Source of the DNA: Acidobacteriota bacterium
GTDB taxonomy: Bacteria; Acidobacteriota; Terriglobia; UBA7540
Direction: 5' to 3'
Assembly (NCBI GenBank): GCA_902812415.1
Contig: CADDZJ010000025.1
Location: 7,931 to 39,930 of the forward strand
Length of the DNA: 32,000 nt
Under the pieces are notes generated by a model, which saw only the letters and a program-made list of their open reading frames with translations, was not told the origin of the DNA and did no database searches. This document shows positions 18,199 through 26,382 of the stretch, in pieces (within the stretch, counting starts at the first letter, position 1; each line of letters starts with the position of its first letter). The position numbers and the translations under genes were made by a program.

Positions 18199-20775
18199 AT
18201 GCAGCTTTTTCCATCCACGGGAGAAATCCTCCGGGTCTTTGAAGCTCAGCCGGAAAAGACTTTTCGCCTGCGGGAACTGGTCCAGGAGCTTGGTCTGCGC
18301 AGCAGCCAGGCCCGGCAATTAAAATCAGCGCTCAAGGAACTCTCCAAAAGACGCAAAATTCTTTACCTCAAGAAGAGCCATTTCGTCCTGGCCGATCGTC
18401 ATCCTGCCAAAGGCCATACAAGAACGGCCGATGGCAGCGACGCTCTGAACGATTTCAGCCCGGCGCGCTCCGGGTTGCGAAGTGAAGCCCCGCCGGCTTT
18501 AAATCAGAAAAAGCAAGCCGGGCGGCGCGCTCCCAACATTATTTCCGGGCGGCTTATCGGCCATCGCGACGGCTACGGCTTTGTCGTTCCAGATGAGCCG
18601 GTTCAAGGCATCGATCAGGATATTTTTATTCCTCCCGACGCCATGAAGGATGCCATGCACGGCGACCGCGTGGAAACGCAGATTTTCCGCGCCAGGCCGG
18701 ACGCTCGCGACCCGGGGCGCCAGCGGCTGGAGGGGGTGATTCTGCGCGTTACAGATCGCGCCCAGAAAACGGTGGTGGGAGAATTCCATTACGGCTCCCG
18801 CTACAACTATGTGACTCCCTTTGACCACCGGATTACGCGCGAAATTGTGATTCCGCGCGGCGAAGAGTTGCCGGAAGAGCTGAAGAAGAAAGCGCGCAGC
18901 CGGCATCGGCAGTTTGGCGGTGAGTCGGCCGGGCTGAGTCTGCAAGGCGGCGCGCCTGCCTGGAAATCTGACCTGGGAAAGAGCGGCCTCGAGGGCCTCA
19001 TCGTGGATGTCGAGATTACCCGTTTTCCTGGCCGCGCGTCGCTGCCGCGAGCGCGCGTTATTGAGATTCTCGGCGAGCGCAGCGATTTCGGAGTGGATGT
19101 GGAAATCATGATCCGAAAGTTTCACCTTCCACATCGCTTTCCTCCAGAGGTTCTGAGCGAGGCTGAGGAAACTCCTCAATTTATTTCGGCGGCTGAGATG
19201 GGGGGGCGCCAGGACTTCCGTATGCTGCCCATCGTCACCATTGATGGTGAAAGCGCCAAGGATTTTGATGACGCTGTCTATGTGGAGCGCTTGGCCTCAG
19301 GCCATTATCTCCTCCAGGTCCATATCGCCGACGTTGCACATTACGTCCGCCCGCAAACAGCGCTTGACCGCGAGGCGAGGCTGCGAGGCACTTCGGTTTA
19401 TTTTCCCGACCGCGCCGTGCCCATGCTGCCGTTGGAACTTTCCAACGGAATTTGCAGTCTTAACCCTCAGGTGGACCGGCTGGTGATGTCGGTTCTGATG
19501 GAAGTGAGCGAGACTGGGCAAATTCTCGAATGCTTTTTGACGCCGGGCGTCATTCACAGCGCCGAGCGCATGACTTATACCGCCGTTCAGGGCATTCTCT
19601 CCGGCAATCGCGAGGTCTCGCGCCAGTATTCTGCCCTGATCGAAAATTTCAAGCTGATGGAGGAGCTTGCCCGGATTCTGAACCGCAAGCGAGAGGCGCG
19701 CGGCTCGATTGATTTTGACCTTCCCGAGCCCGCCATTCAATTCGATGAACGCGGGCAGATGATGGGGGTGACGTGCACGGAAAGGACGATGGCGCATCGC
19801 ATTATTGAGGAATTCATGCTGGCGGCAAATGAAGTCGTGGCGGGGTATCTTGAAGGCCGCAACATTCCTTCGCTTTATCGGATTCACGAAAAGCCCGACC
19901 CGAAAAAAGTGATGGAGTTTGAGGAGATTGCTGCCACTTTTGGTTATTCCCTGGGGATTGAGTTGCCGGCCTCGCGCCGCGTGCGCTTGCATGGGCGTGA
20001 TGAACGGGAACGATATCCGCGTTTTCAGGAATTTCGCGGCGGCGAGGAGTTGAAGATTACCTCCCGTCATTATCAGCGCCTGACCCAGCGCATTGCCGGA
20101 AAGCCGGAAGAGCGCATCCTTTCCTACCTCATGCTACGGTCGCTGAAACAGGCGCGCTACTCCGAAGAAAAAGTGGGCCATTTTGCCCTAGCCTCTCCCA
20201 CATACACTCACTTCACGTCGCCGATCCGCCGTTACCCGGACCTCATCGTTCACCGCATTCTGAAAGCAGCCCTTCGGCAGGAAGGCGGCAGCGCGCGGTT
20301 CAGGCCGGATAATGTCCGAGCAGCCCCAATCCGCCAGGAGCAGCCGAAAGCGCAGAAGCGCCGCGGCACGAGTGCAAACGGCGGGCTCCAGGGGGGCGCT
20401 TTAATCCCCCTGGAAGAGCTCCACGCTCTCGGTCTTGAAACCTCCGACTGCGAGCGACGTGCAGCGGACGCCGAGCGGGAGCTGTTGAATTGGAAGAAGG
20501 TCACTTTTATGGCCGAGCGGCTGGGAGAGGAATTTGAGGCCCTGATCATCAGCCTCAGCAGGCACGGATTCTTTGTTGAATTAACTGATCTTTTCGTTGA
20601 AGGCTTCGTCCCGATTGAGAGCTTTGGCGACCCCCGTTGGATTTACCGCGAGAGCCTGCGCGCGATGGTGCATCGCGATTCGAGGCGAGCGTATCACCTG
20701 GGGGATAGCGTCAGGGTGCGCCTCGATCGCATCGACAGCGCTGGCAATAAACTTCTGTTTTCGGTGGCGGAATAG
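18199..20775 (+). CDS. rnr: Ribonuclease R (VacB family 3'-5' exoribonuclease)
   Basis: Layout: N-terminal winged-helix-like region; cold-shock-like GRLIGHRDGYGFVVPD; RNB domain blocks (TIDGESAKDFDDAV, VHIADVAHYV, SVYFPDRAVPMLP, HFALASPTYTHFTSPIRRYPDLIVHR); C-terminal S1-like domain. I placed the start at the first ATG (18199) of an ORF whose listed start is TTG at 18181. Confidence 0.9.
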   Translation: MQLFPSTGEILRVFEAQPEKTFRLRELVQELGLRSSQARQLKSALKELSKRRKILYLKKSHFVLADRHPAKGHTRTADGSDALNDFSPARSGLRSEAPPALNQKKQAGRRAPNIISGRLIGHRDGYGFVVPDEPVQGIDQDIFIPPDAMKDAMHGDRVETQIFRARPDARDPGRQRLEGVILRVTDRAQKTVVGEFHYGSRYNYVTPFDHRITREIVIPRGEELPEELKKKARSRHRQFGGESAGLSLQGGAPAWKSDLGKSGLEGLIVDVEITRFPGRASLPRARVIEILGERSDFGVDVEIMIRKFHLPHRFPPEVLSEAEETPQFISAAEMGGRQDFRMLPIVTIDGESAKDFDDAVYVERLASGHYLLQVHIADVAHYVRPQTALDREARLRGTSVYFPDRAVPMLPLELSNGICSLNPQVDRLVMSVLMEVSETGQILECFLTPGVIHSAERMTYTAVQGILSGNREVSRQYSALIENFKLMEELARILNRKREARGSIDFDLPEPAIQFDERGQMMGVTCTERTMAHRIIEEFMLAANEVVAGYLEGRNIPSLYRIHEKPDPKKVMEFEEIAATFGYSLGIELPASRRVRLHGRDERERYPRFQEFRGGEELKITSRHYQRLTQRIAGKPEERILSYLMLRSLKQARYSEEKVGHFALASPTYTHFTSPIRRYPDLIVHRILKAALRQEGGSARFRPDNVRAAPIRQEQPKAQKRRGTSANGGLQGGALIPLEELHALGLETSDCERRAADAERELLNWKKVTFMAERLGEEFEALIISLSRHGFFVELTDLFVEGFVPIESFGDPRWIYRESLRAMVHRDSRRAYHLGDSVRVRLDRIDSAGNKLLFSVAE

Positions 20776-20875
20776 GCAAGTTTCCATCGAACTTTTTGCG
20801 GAAATCCGGCATCTGATTGGTTATACTTTCAAGGACTTGCGACAATCGATCAGTCCTGGATAGAGTGAGGACCAT

Positions 20876-22045
20876 ATGGCTGACCCCAAGAAACCCTATA
20901 ATCCCGCCAAGGCCATGTTTGGCCTGGACGACGCGCCCATTGATACTGACCGCCAACCTGGGCGGCCCGCCCCCAGGGCGCCAGAAGCGACCACTCCCAC
21001 GTCGCAAACAGGCCAGGGGACGTCAGGCTATGCGCCGCCCGGCGTGAGTTTTGGCTCGCAGATCACCCAGTCGCCACGAACCGCGCAAACAGGCGGGCCC
21101 CTGCCACAGGAGAGCGGCCCGGGAACAAGCTATCGCGCGGCGCAGCCTGAGAACCCACCCCAGCCTGCGAGCGGAACGCCTCAATATATTTACGTTCAAA
21201 CGCCTCCAGAGACCGCGCCATCCTCGTCGCGCGGGAGCGGGCTGCGATGGCTGGTCATTATCCTGCTGGTCCTTTCAGGCGTAAATCTCTATCTCGTCCT
21301 CATGGCCCGTCATCAACTCACGAAAACCATCGCCACTCAGTCCGATCAGATCAACCTCCTTACTCGCCGCGCGGATTCGGCGGACGATCGCTATGCCCAG
21401 TTGAGCGCCCGATTCCAGGTGACCGCCGAGCGGCTCGGGTTGACCCAGAAAGAACTCGCCCGAGCGCGACAGTTGGCAGCCAGCATTGAAACGCAGCAAC
21501 AGCAATCTGTGCAGCAGTTGAATGCTGCAATCGCCCAAAAGGCCAGCGCCCAACAGGTGAATCAGCTTCAATCTGAGGCCAACGCCAAGTTTGGCAGCCT
21601 GTCCGGCAGCCTGGCAGGGACCCAGAAGGACCTCGAAGCCACCAAGGAGGCTCTGACTGGCGCCAAGGGCGAACTTTCCGGCGCCATTGCGCGCACTCAC
21701 GCTGAACTGGTGGAACTGGCCCACAGGACCGATCGCGACTACTTTGAATTCCACCTGGGGAGCAAGGGCGCCCGGCAGAAGATCGGTTCGTTGCAGGTGC
21801 AGCTTTTGAAGACCAGCACAAAGCACAATCTGTTTACGGTTAATCTCTATTTCGACGATAAAGTTTCCCAGCGCCGTAATGAGGCGATTGATGAGCCAGT
21901 TTATTTCTATATGCAGGGAGCGCCGAGCGCGCTGGAATTGGTAGTCAATAAGCTCGGGAAGAATTCGATCTCAGGTTATGTGAGCGCCCCGAAGGGCTTC
22001 ATCCACAACGCTCCGAATGTCCTTGAAGCGCGCCCAACGGCCTGA
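20876..22045 (+). CDS. Hypothetical membrane-anchored coiled-coil protein (Pro-rich N-terminus, 1 TM, Gln/Ala-rich coiled coil, C-terminal globular domain)
   Basis: 389-aa ORF with GAGG 6 nt upstream. It has a disordered Pro/Gln/Thr-rich first ~125 aa, a single hydrophobic helix LRWLVIILLVLSGVNLYLVLM, and heptad-like Q/A/L-rich sequence. The last ~110 aa are beta-rich. No family recognised. Confidence 0.7.
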   Translation: MADPKKPYNPAKAMFGLDDAPIDTDRQPGRPAPRAPEATTPTSQTGQGTSGYAPPGVSFGSQITQSPRTAQTGGPLPQESGPGTSYRAAQPENPPQPASGTPQYIYVQTPPETAPSSSRGSGLRWLVIILLVLSGVNLYLVLMARHQLTKTIATQSDQINLLTRRADSADDRYAQLSARFQVTAERLGLTQKELARARQLAASIETQQQQSVQQLNAAIAQKASAQQVNQLQSEANAKFGSLSGSLAGTQKDLEATKEALTGAKGELSGAIARTHAELVELAHRTDRDYFEFHLGSKGARQKIGSLQVQLLKTSTKHNLFTVNLYFDDKVSQRRNEAIDEPVYFYMQGAPSALELVVNKLGKNSISGYVSAPKGFIHNAPNVLEARPTA

Positions 22046-22136
22046 TCGGCTGAGAACTTCATCGTGATGGCCTGCTGGGGAAGAAGTATCGCTGGGATTT
22101 CGATCCGGCGCAGAGCTGCCCGAGAAATCGTTGTCA

Positions 22137-22562
22137 ATGTCGAGAAGACCGATGGCGGCCAAGTGGCTTTTCAAGAGTGATCCTGACCATTATTCTTTTT
22201 CCGATCTTCAGCGCGACGGGCGGACGGTCTGGGATGGGGTTTCCAACAACCTCGCCTTAAAACATCTTCGCGCGGCCCGCCCCGGCGATCTGGCGCTTAT
22301 CTATCACACCGGAGAGGAGAAGGCGATTGTTGGCATCGCGGAGGTCGCGAGCGATCCTTATCCTGACCCGAAGCAAAAGGACCCGCGCCTGGCGGTGGTG
22401 GATGTCAAGGCTCTTGAGGCTTTGCCGCGCCCCGTGACGCTGGAGGAAATCAAGAAGCAAACCGCGCTGCGCGATTTTGATTTGGTGCGGCTGCCGCGAC
22501 TTTCGGTGATGCCAGTTTCAGAAACCCAGTGGAAACTTCTAACCAAGCTGGCCAGCGCTTAA
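22137..22562 (+). CDS. EVE-domain (PUA-like) protein
   Basis: WLFKSDPDHYSFSDLQRDGRTVWDGVSNNLALKHLRAARPGDLALIYHTG...IVGIAEV resembles the standalone EVE/DUF55 family (typical W-L-x-K-S-E-P start, W-D-G-V-R-N block). The start is uncertain: TTG 22131, ATG 22137 or ATG 22152. Confidence 0.8.
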   Translation: MSRRPMAAKWLFKSDPDHYSFSDLQRDGRTVWDGVSNNLALKHLRAARPGDLALIYHTGEEKAIVGIAEVASDPYPDPKQKDPRLAVVDVKALEALPRPVTLEEIKKQTALRDFDLVRLPRLSVMPVSETQWKLLTKLASA

Positions 22563-22623
22563 GCGGGCCGATCGACGCAGATCGAAGGGGATAATCGCTT
22601 CTCGTAGCCGCTTGCTTCGGGCC

Positions 22624-23079
22624 TCATCCCACCGGGCGTGGTTGAAGGTGAGCCCTTAAAATCCGCCTCATCTCGGTGGGCCGCACCGGCTTTTCCACAT
22701 AATCCACCGCGCCCAACTGCATCGCTTCAAGATAGCAGCCCATATCAAGACAATGCGTGAGAACGAGCACCGGAGTATCCCACGGCGTCGGGGAAAGCAA
22801 CCGGTTTTCCTGCCGGCTTTCCTTGAGCCGTTCAAGAACGACTTTGCCCTCAAAAGCCGGGCTCCCCTGGCTCACCATCACAAAATCGTAATCTCCGGCT
22901 TCGGCAAGCTCGGCTCCCCGGTCATAGGAGCCGCTCGCAAAGACGTCGTGACCCTGGCCTTCCAGCACCCGGGCATGGTACTCCAGGTCCTCAAGATCCT
23001 CATCAACCAGCAAAATCCTGCTGCGGGGAACCAGAGCGAACTCTTCGTTCATTGGTTGGGATAACATTCTTCGTTGCAT
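22624..23079 (-). CDS. Single-domain response-regulator receiver (REC) protein lacking the phospho-acceptor Asp
   Basis: REC landmarks are present: RILLVDEDLED (acidic pocket), PVLVLTH (Thr), DYVEKP (Lys). The beta3 end reads YDFVMVSQGSP, where CheY has GFVISDWNMP. The start is uncertain: ATG 23130, 23079, 23067 or 23052. I chose 23079 because AGGTGG lies just upstream. Confidence 0.75.
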   Translation of the reverse strand: MQRRMLSQPMNEEFALVPRSRILLVDEDLEDLEYHARVLEGQGHDVFASGSYDRGAELAEAGDYDFVMVSQGSPAFEGKVVLERLKESRQENRLLSPTPWDTPVLVLTHCLDMGCYLEAMQLGAVDYVEKPVRPTEMRRILRAHLQPRPVG

Positions 23080-23169
23080 AAACCACCTGCCTGTTTCAAT
23101 GACGGCCACAGCGTCTTGGTGTAACTCCATAAATACCGGATACAGCTCCCATTAGAAAAGTAGAAAGTT

Positions 23170-23186
23170 TAAATGTTACAGATTTA
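23170..23186. promoter_or_regulatory. Candidate LysR-type (T-N11-A) dyad in the divergent intergenic region
   Basis: TAAAT-GTTACAG-ATTTA is a perfect 5-bp interrupted dyad containing T-N11-A. It lies in the AT-rich 80-bp spacer between the receiver gene and the LysR gene, 25 nt upstream of the LysR ATG. Confidence 0.25.
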
Positions 23187-23210
23187 TTTTTTCTAGGTTA
23201 AGATAAGCGT

Positions 23211-24113
23211 ATGGAATGGCTCAATTACCACCATCTGCTTTATTTCTGGACGGTAGCGCGCCTGGGAAGCATTGCGAAAGCCTCCGGGGAGCTTCTTCTG
23301 GCGCCGCCCACCATCAGCGCGCAAATCCGGCGGCTGGAAGAGAATCTGGGCGAGAAGCTCTTTTCGCGATCCGGTCGGCGCCTGGTGCTGACGGATGCGG
23401 GACAGCTTGTTTATCGTTACGCGGAGGAGATTTTCTCGCTGGGCCGGGAACTGACGGATACTTTGAAAGGACGGCCCACAGGGCGCCCGCTGCGCTTGCA
23501 GGTGGGGGTGGCGGATGTGCTGCCCAAGATGATCGTCTACCGCCTGATTGAGCCTGCTTTTCATCTGCCCACTCCGGTTCGAGTGGTCTGCCGCGAGGAT
23601 CCACCTGACCGGATGCTGGCCTTGCTGGCCGTGCAGCAATTGGATTTGGTGCTCTCCGACGCCCCAATGGGGCCCGGAACGAATGTTCGGGCGTTCAACC
23701 ACCCGCTGGGCGATTGTGCGGTCAGCTTTTATGCCAGGCCGAAGCTGGCCAGGCTGTATCACAAAAACTTTCCCAAGTCTTTGGATGGCGCCCCGCTACT
23801 GGTGCCAACCGAGAGCGCGTCGCTTCGCGCCAGCCTCGACCAATGGTTTGAGTCGCGAGGCATCAGGCCTTCCATCGTGGGGGAGTTTGATGATTTTTCA
23901 CTGCTGCGAATGTTCGCCGCCGTCGAACGAGGCATCCTGGCTGCGCCAACCATCTTAGACGGTGAGATGCGGCGTGAATATGAGTTTCGGCGAATCGGAA
24001 CGGTTGAGGAGGTTCGGGCGCGCTTTTACGCCATTTCCATTGAGAAAAAGATCAAAAATCCTGCCGTGGTGACTATTTGCGAGTTCGCGCGACAGGAGAT
24101 TTTCCGGTCGTGA
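23211..24113 (+). CDS. LysR-family transcriptional regulator, NhaR-like
   Basis: MEWLNYHHLLYFWTVARLGSIAKASGELLLAPPTISAQIRRLEENLGEKLFSRSGRRLVLTDAGQLVYRYAEEIF parallels E. coli NhaR almost block for block (INYNHLYYFW..., LVYRYA..., GEFDD...). No nhaA-type antiporter gene is adjacent. Confidence 0.9.
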   Translation: MEWLNYHHLLYFWTVARLGSIAKASGELLLAPPTISAQIRRLEENLGEKLFSRSGRRLVLTDAGQLVYRYAEEIFSLGRELTDTLKGRPTGRPLRLQVGVADVLPKMIVYRLIEPAFHLPTPVRVVCREDPPDRMLALLAVQQLDLVLSDAPMGPGTNVRAFNHPLGDCAVSFYARPKLARLYHKNFPKSLDGAPLLVPTESASLRASLDQWFESRGIRPSIVGEFDDFSLLRMFAAVERGILAAPTILDGEMRREYEFRRIGTVEEVRARFYAISIEKKIKNPAVVTICEFARQEIFRS

Positions 24114-24192
24114 TGATTGCTGACAAACTCCGAGATGACAGGCTGCCCGGCGCCAGCGTTTTGTGAATGTCGAAAGATCGATCCGACGATTC

Positions 24193-24221
24193 TTGACCTA
24201 TGCCTGCCGTCGGTTCACAAT
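24193..24221 (+). promoter_or_regulatory. Candidate sigma70-type promoter for the small secreted protein gene
   Basis: TTGACC (24193-24198), a 17-nt spacer, then CACAAT (24216-24221), ~75 nt upstream of the ATG at 24298. Confidence 0.35.
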
Positions 24222-24297
24222 GGTGACGAAAATGATAAAGATGCGGAACGCAAAGCCTCTGCCGGATGGACCACGCGGGGCAAGGAGGATCGACGGT

Positions 24298-24786
24298 ATG
24301 AGATCGAGGGGGATTGCTCAGGCTGCGATTTTACTCGCGTTGGGAGCTTTCTCAGCAAGCTTGCTCGCGCAAAACTCTGCGCAAAAAAGCCAATCTTCCG
24401 CTTCAGATCACCCAACCTCACAATCCGTTCAGAAGTTAAAGCTCCTCGATAGTGGCCCAGCCAGTCCTGAAGCCTTGGCTAGAACATTGCATCCCAACTC
24501 GCAGGATTCAGCGAAAAAGACAGCAAAGGAGAACTCATCGGGCGCGATTGAAGGCTCAGCCGTGCAGGAATTCCAGATTTCCGACAGGGCTTCTTCGACG
24601 AGTGTTAAAGAGCTTTCGTCAAAAGATTCCAAAAAGTCGCTTCTGAAGAATGTTCATGGAGAGGCTTACGGCGGAACGGGTTCCGGGAATGCGAGCATGC
24701 AGGCCGCGGGCGGCGCGGTTGGAGCCAGCTCGAAGAGCGGCAAAACGTACATCTACGTGGAGGGGTCTCATGCTCATGGCCCATAA
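24298..24786 (+). CDS. Small secreted Ser/Lys/Ala-rich low-complexity protein (hypothetical)
   Basis: The internal ATG at 24298 is preceded by AAGGAGGA at 8-nt spacing and opens a clear signal peptide (MRSRGIAQAAILLALGAFSASLLAQ). The mature part is low complexity with a Gly-rich C-terminus. The upstream 45 codons of the ORF look non-coding. Confidence 0.65.
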   Translation: MRSRGIAQAAILLALGAFSASLLAQNSAQKSQSSASDHPTSQSVQKLKLLDSGPASPEALARTLHPNSQDSAKKTAKENSSGAIEGSAVQEFQISDRASSTSVKELSSKDSKKSLLKNVHGEAYGGTGSGNASMQAAGGAVGASSKSGKTYIYVEGSHAHGP

Positions 24787-24841
24787 GCTGCCGTCATCCA
24801 TCACCAACCATCATCTTCAGTTTTGAACGACTCGCTCAACG

Positions 24842-25825
24842 ATGAGAAATCCCTCACATTTTGATCCTGGTTATTGTTCTATCCGTCTTCGTGCGAAGCT
24901 CGGAAACATTCTTTTCCTTCTCAGCGCGCTTTTTCTGTTGGGAAGCGCCTCTGAAGCCCCAGCCGTTTCCGCGCAAAGCTTCCCAACTCAGCTTGAATGC
25001 GGTTCCGTTTCCAGCGAAATTTTAAACCGCTCGGTGGACTATTGCATTGACCTGCCTGCCGATTACCACTTATCCCAAAAACGATACCCCACGCTCTATT
25101 TTCTGCACGGGTTGTTTGAAAACTACCATGCCTGGGACGAACATGGGGGCAAGGAAATTCTGGACGGACTGTTAGAAGCGGGAAAGATCGGATCTTTTCT
25201 GGTGGTGCTACCGGACGCGGACAACACCTTTTACGTCAATTCCTACGATGGCCATGAACGCTATGAGGATTTTTTCATTCAGGAGCTTGTGCCTTTTATC
25301 GACCATACTTATCGAACTATCCCGACGCCGCAGATGCGCGGCATTAGCGGCACTTCAATGGGAGGCTACGGAGCGCTGCACCTAGCTATGAAGTATCCGA
25401 ACGTTTTCGGGTCCGTCAGCGCGCAAGGGGCAGCCCTGCTGCCGAAGTTCCCTCACCCGATTCCCACCGAGGGTCGCTGGGGCTTTTACGCGCGTATTCT
25501 CGAACGCTCTTTCGGCAATCCTCTCAATGAAGCTTATTGGGACGCCAATAATCCTCTCACGATGGCGGAACATCCTGAGCGCTTTCGGAACCTCAAAATA
25601 TATTTCGATTGTGGGACCGACGACCGTTATGGTTTTGAAAACGGCGCCGAGCTTCTCGATAAGATTTTAAGCCAGCATGACTTTCCGCACACTTTCGTCC
25701 TCCGGCCCGGAAATCACGGTTGGGACTATTTGCAGAAATATATGCAGTATGCGCTGATCTTCGAATGGCGCGTATTCCAGGCCAGCGAACAATCCAGCTC
25801 CAGTGGCGCCCACCCTCAGCCCTAG
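24842..25825 (+). CDS. Secreted alpha/beta-hydrolase, putative esterase family (esterase D / CE1-like, PF00756-type)
   Basis: Has an N-terminal hydrophobic signal region, YPTLYFLHG, the nucleophile elbow GTSMGGYGAL (GxSxG), and distal D and H candidates (CGTDD, GNHGW). Confidence 0.85.
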   Translation: MRNPSHFDPGYCSIRLRAKLGNILFLLSALFLLGSASEAPAVSAQSFPTQLECGSVSSEILNRSVDYCIDLPADYHLSQKRYPTLYFLHGLFENYHAWDEHGGKEILDGLLEAGKIGSFLVVLPDADNTFYVNSYDGHERYEDFFIQELVPFIDHTYRTIPTPQMRGISGTSMGGYGALHLAMKYPNVFGSVSAQGAALLPKFPHPIPTEGRWGFYARILERSFGNPLNEAYWDANNPLTMAEHPERFRNLKIYFDCGTDDRYGFENGAELLDKILSQHDFPHTFVLRPGNHGWDYLQKYMQYALIFEWRVFQASEQSSSSGAHPQP

Positions 25826-25948
25826 AGTCACCCGAGGCTTCTTAAGTTTATCTTTGAGCAGCGCGAGCAAACAGGCTATTGGCACACCAAAGGACAAGAG
25901 GCCGAGGCGGGCAATGTTCGCATCCTCGGATGTAAAGACAATAAAAAG

Positions 25949-26026
25949 TGGGGTGAGCGACGGGATTCGAACCCGCGACGTCCAGATCCACAGTCTGGCG
26001 CTCTACCAAGCTGAGCTACGCTCACC
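25949..26026 (-). tRNA. tRNA-His (anticodon GTG), CCA encoded
   Basis: The reverse complement folds as a cloverleaf: G(-1), acceptor GTGAGCG/CGCTCAC, D arm GCTC-AGCTTGGTA-GAGC, anticodon arm CCAGA-CTGTGGA-TCTGG, variable loop ACGTC, T arm GCGGG-TTCGAAT-CCCGT, discriminator C, CCA. The extra G-1 opposite C73 is the tRNA-His hallmark. Confidence 0.9.
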
Positions 26027-26056
26027 GCAAGAAGTGTTATGTGGGCAGCAATTCTT

Positions 26057-26085
26057 TTGTAACATCGTGCGCCACGCAGTGTCAA
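26057..26085 (-). promoter_or_regulatory. Candidate promoter of tRNA-His
   Basis: On the minus strand: TTGACA (26085-26080), a 17-nt spacer, then TTACAA (26062-26057). This places a start ~25 nt upstream of the mature tRNA 5' end. The -10 element is weak. Confidence 0.3.
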
Positions 26086-26382
26086 CGCGCGTGCCTCGCC
26101 GGTCTTCACAAAAAGACCATCATTTTATCCAATCGCGGAATAACTTTTCATCTTTACTTTTTTGATATCATTCAGTGCGTAAATTTACAAAAGAACTTCC
26201 CTGCCGCCCCCGCCACACCTAAGTGATTATAAATGAGTATATTGCGCCACTTTCTTTCACGAACTCCAATGAAGACATCACAGATGAGACTTTGGATTGA
26301 AGATTGCTATGAGAAATTAAGGGAACCCAAAATCGCATTATTTCGAGCGGGTAAGTTAAGGAAGAACAGGAGGGGGAAAACA

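Noticed and set aside
24117-24452. 111-aa alternative-frame ORF upstream of and overlapping the small secreted protein gene.
   Set aside because: It has no RBS and no recognisable features. The competing frame has AAGGAGGA plus a textbook signal peptide starting at 24298.
25902-25929. Hairpin CCGAGG-N16-CCTCGG between the esterase stop and the tRNA-His 3' end, considered as a bidirectional terminator.
   Set aside because: The stem is only 6 bp, the loop is 16 nt, and there is no convincing T-run on either strand. This is too weak to call.
26101-26130. Hairpin GGTCTT-N6-AAGACC followed by ATCATTTTAT, considered as a plus-strand intrinsic terminator or small RNA end.
   Set aside because: The stem is only 6 bp with 3 GC pairs and the U-tract is interrupted. 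No plus-strand gene ends nearby; the esterase stop is ~280 nt upstream, with an antisense tRNA in between. It is mentioned only as part of the tRNA-flank finding.
25803-26165. 120-aa (+) and 77-aa (-, 25876-26109) ORFs spanning the tRNA-His locus.
   Set aside because: They are read straight through a well-folding tRNA gene and its flanks. They show no RBS and no protein-like composition.
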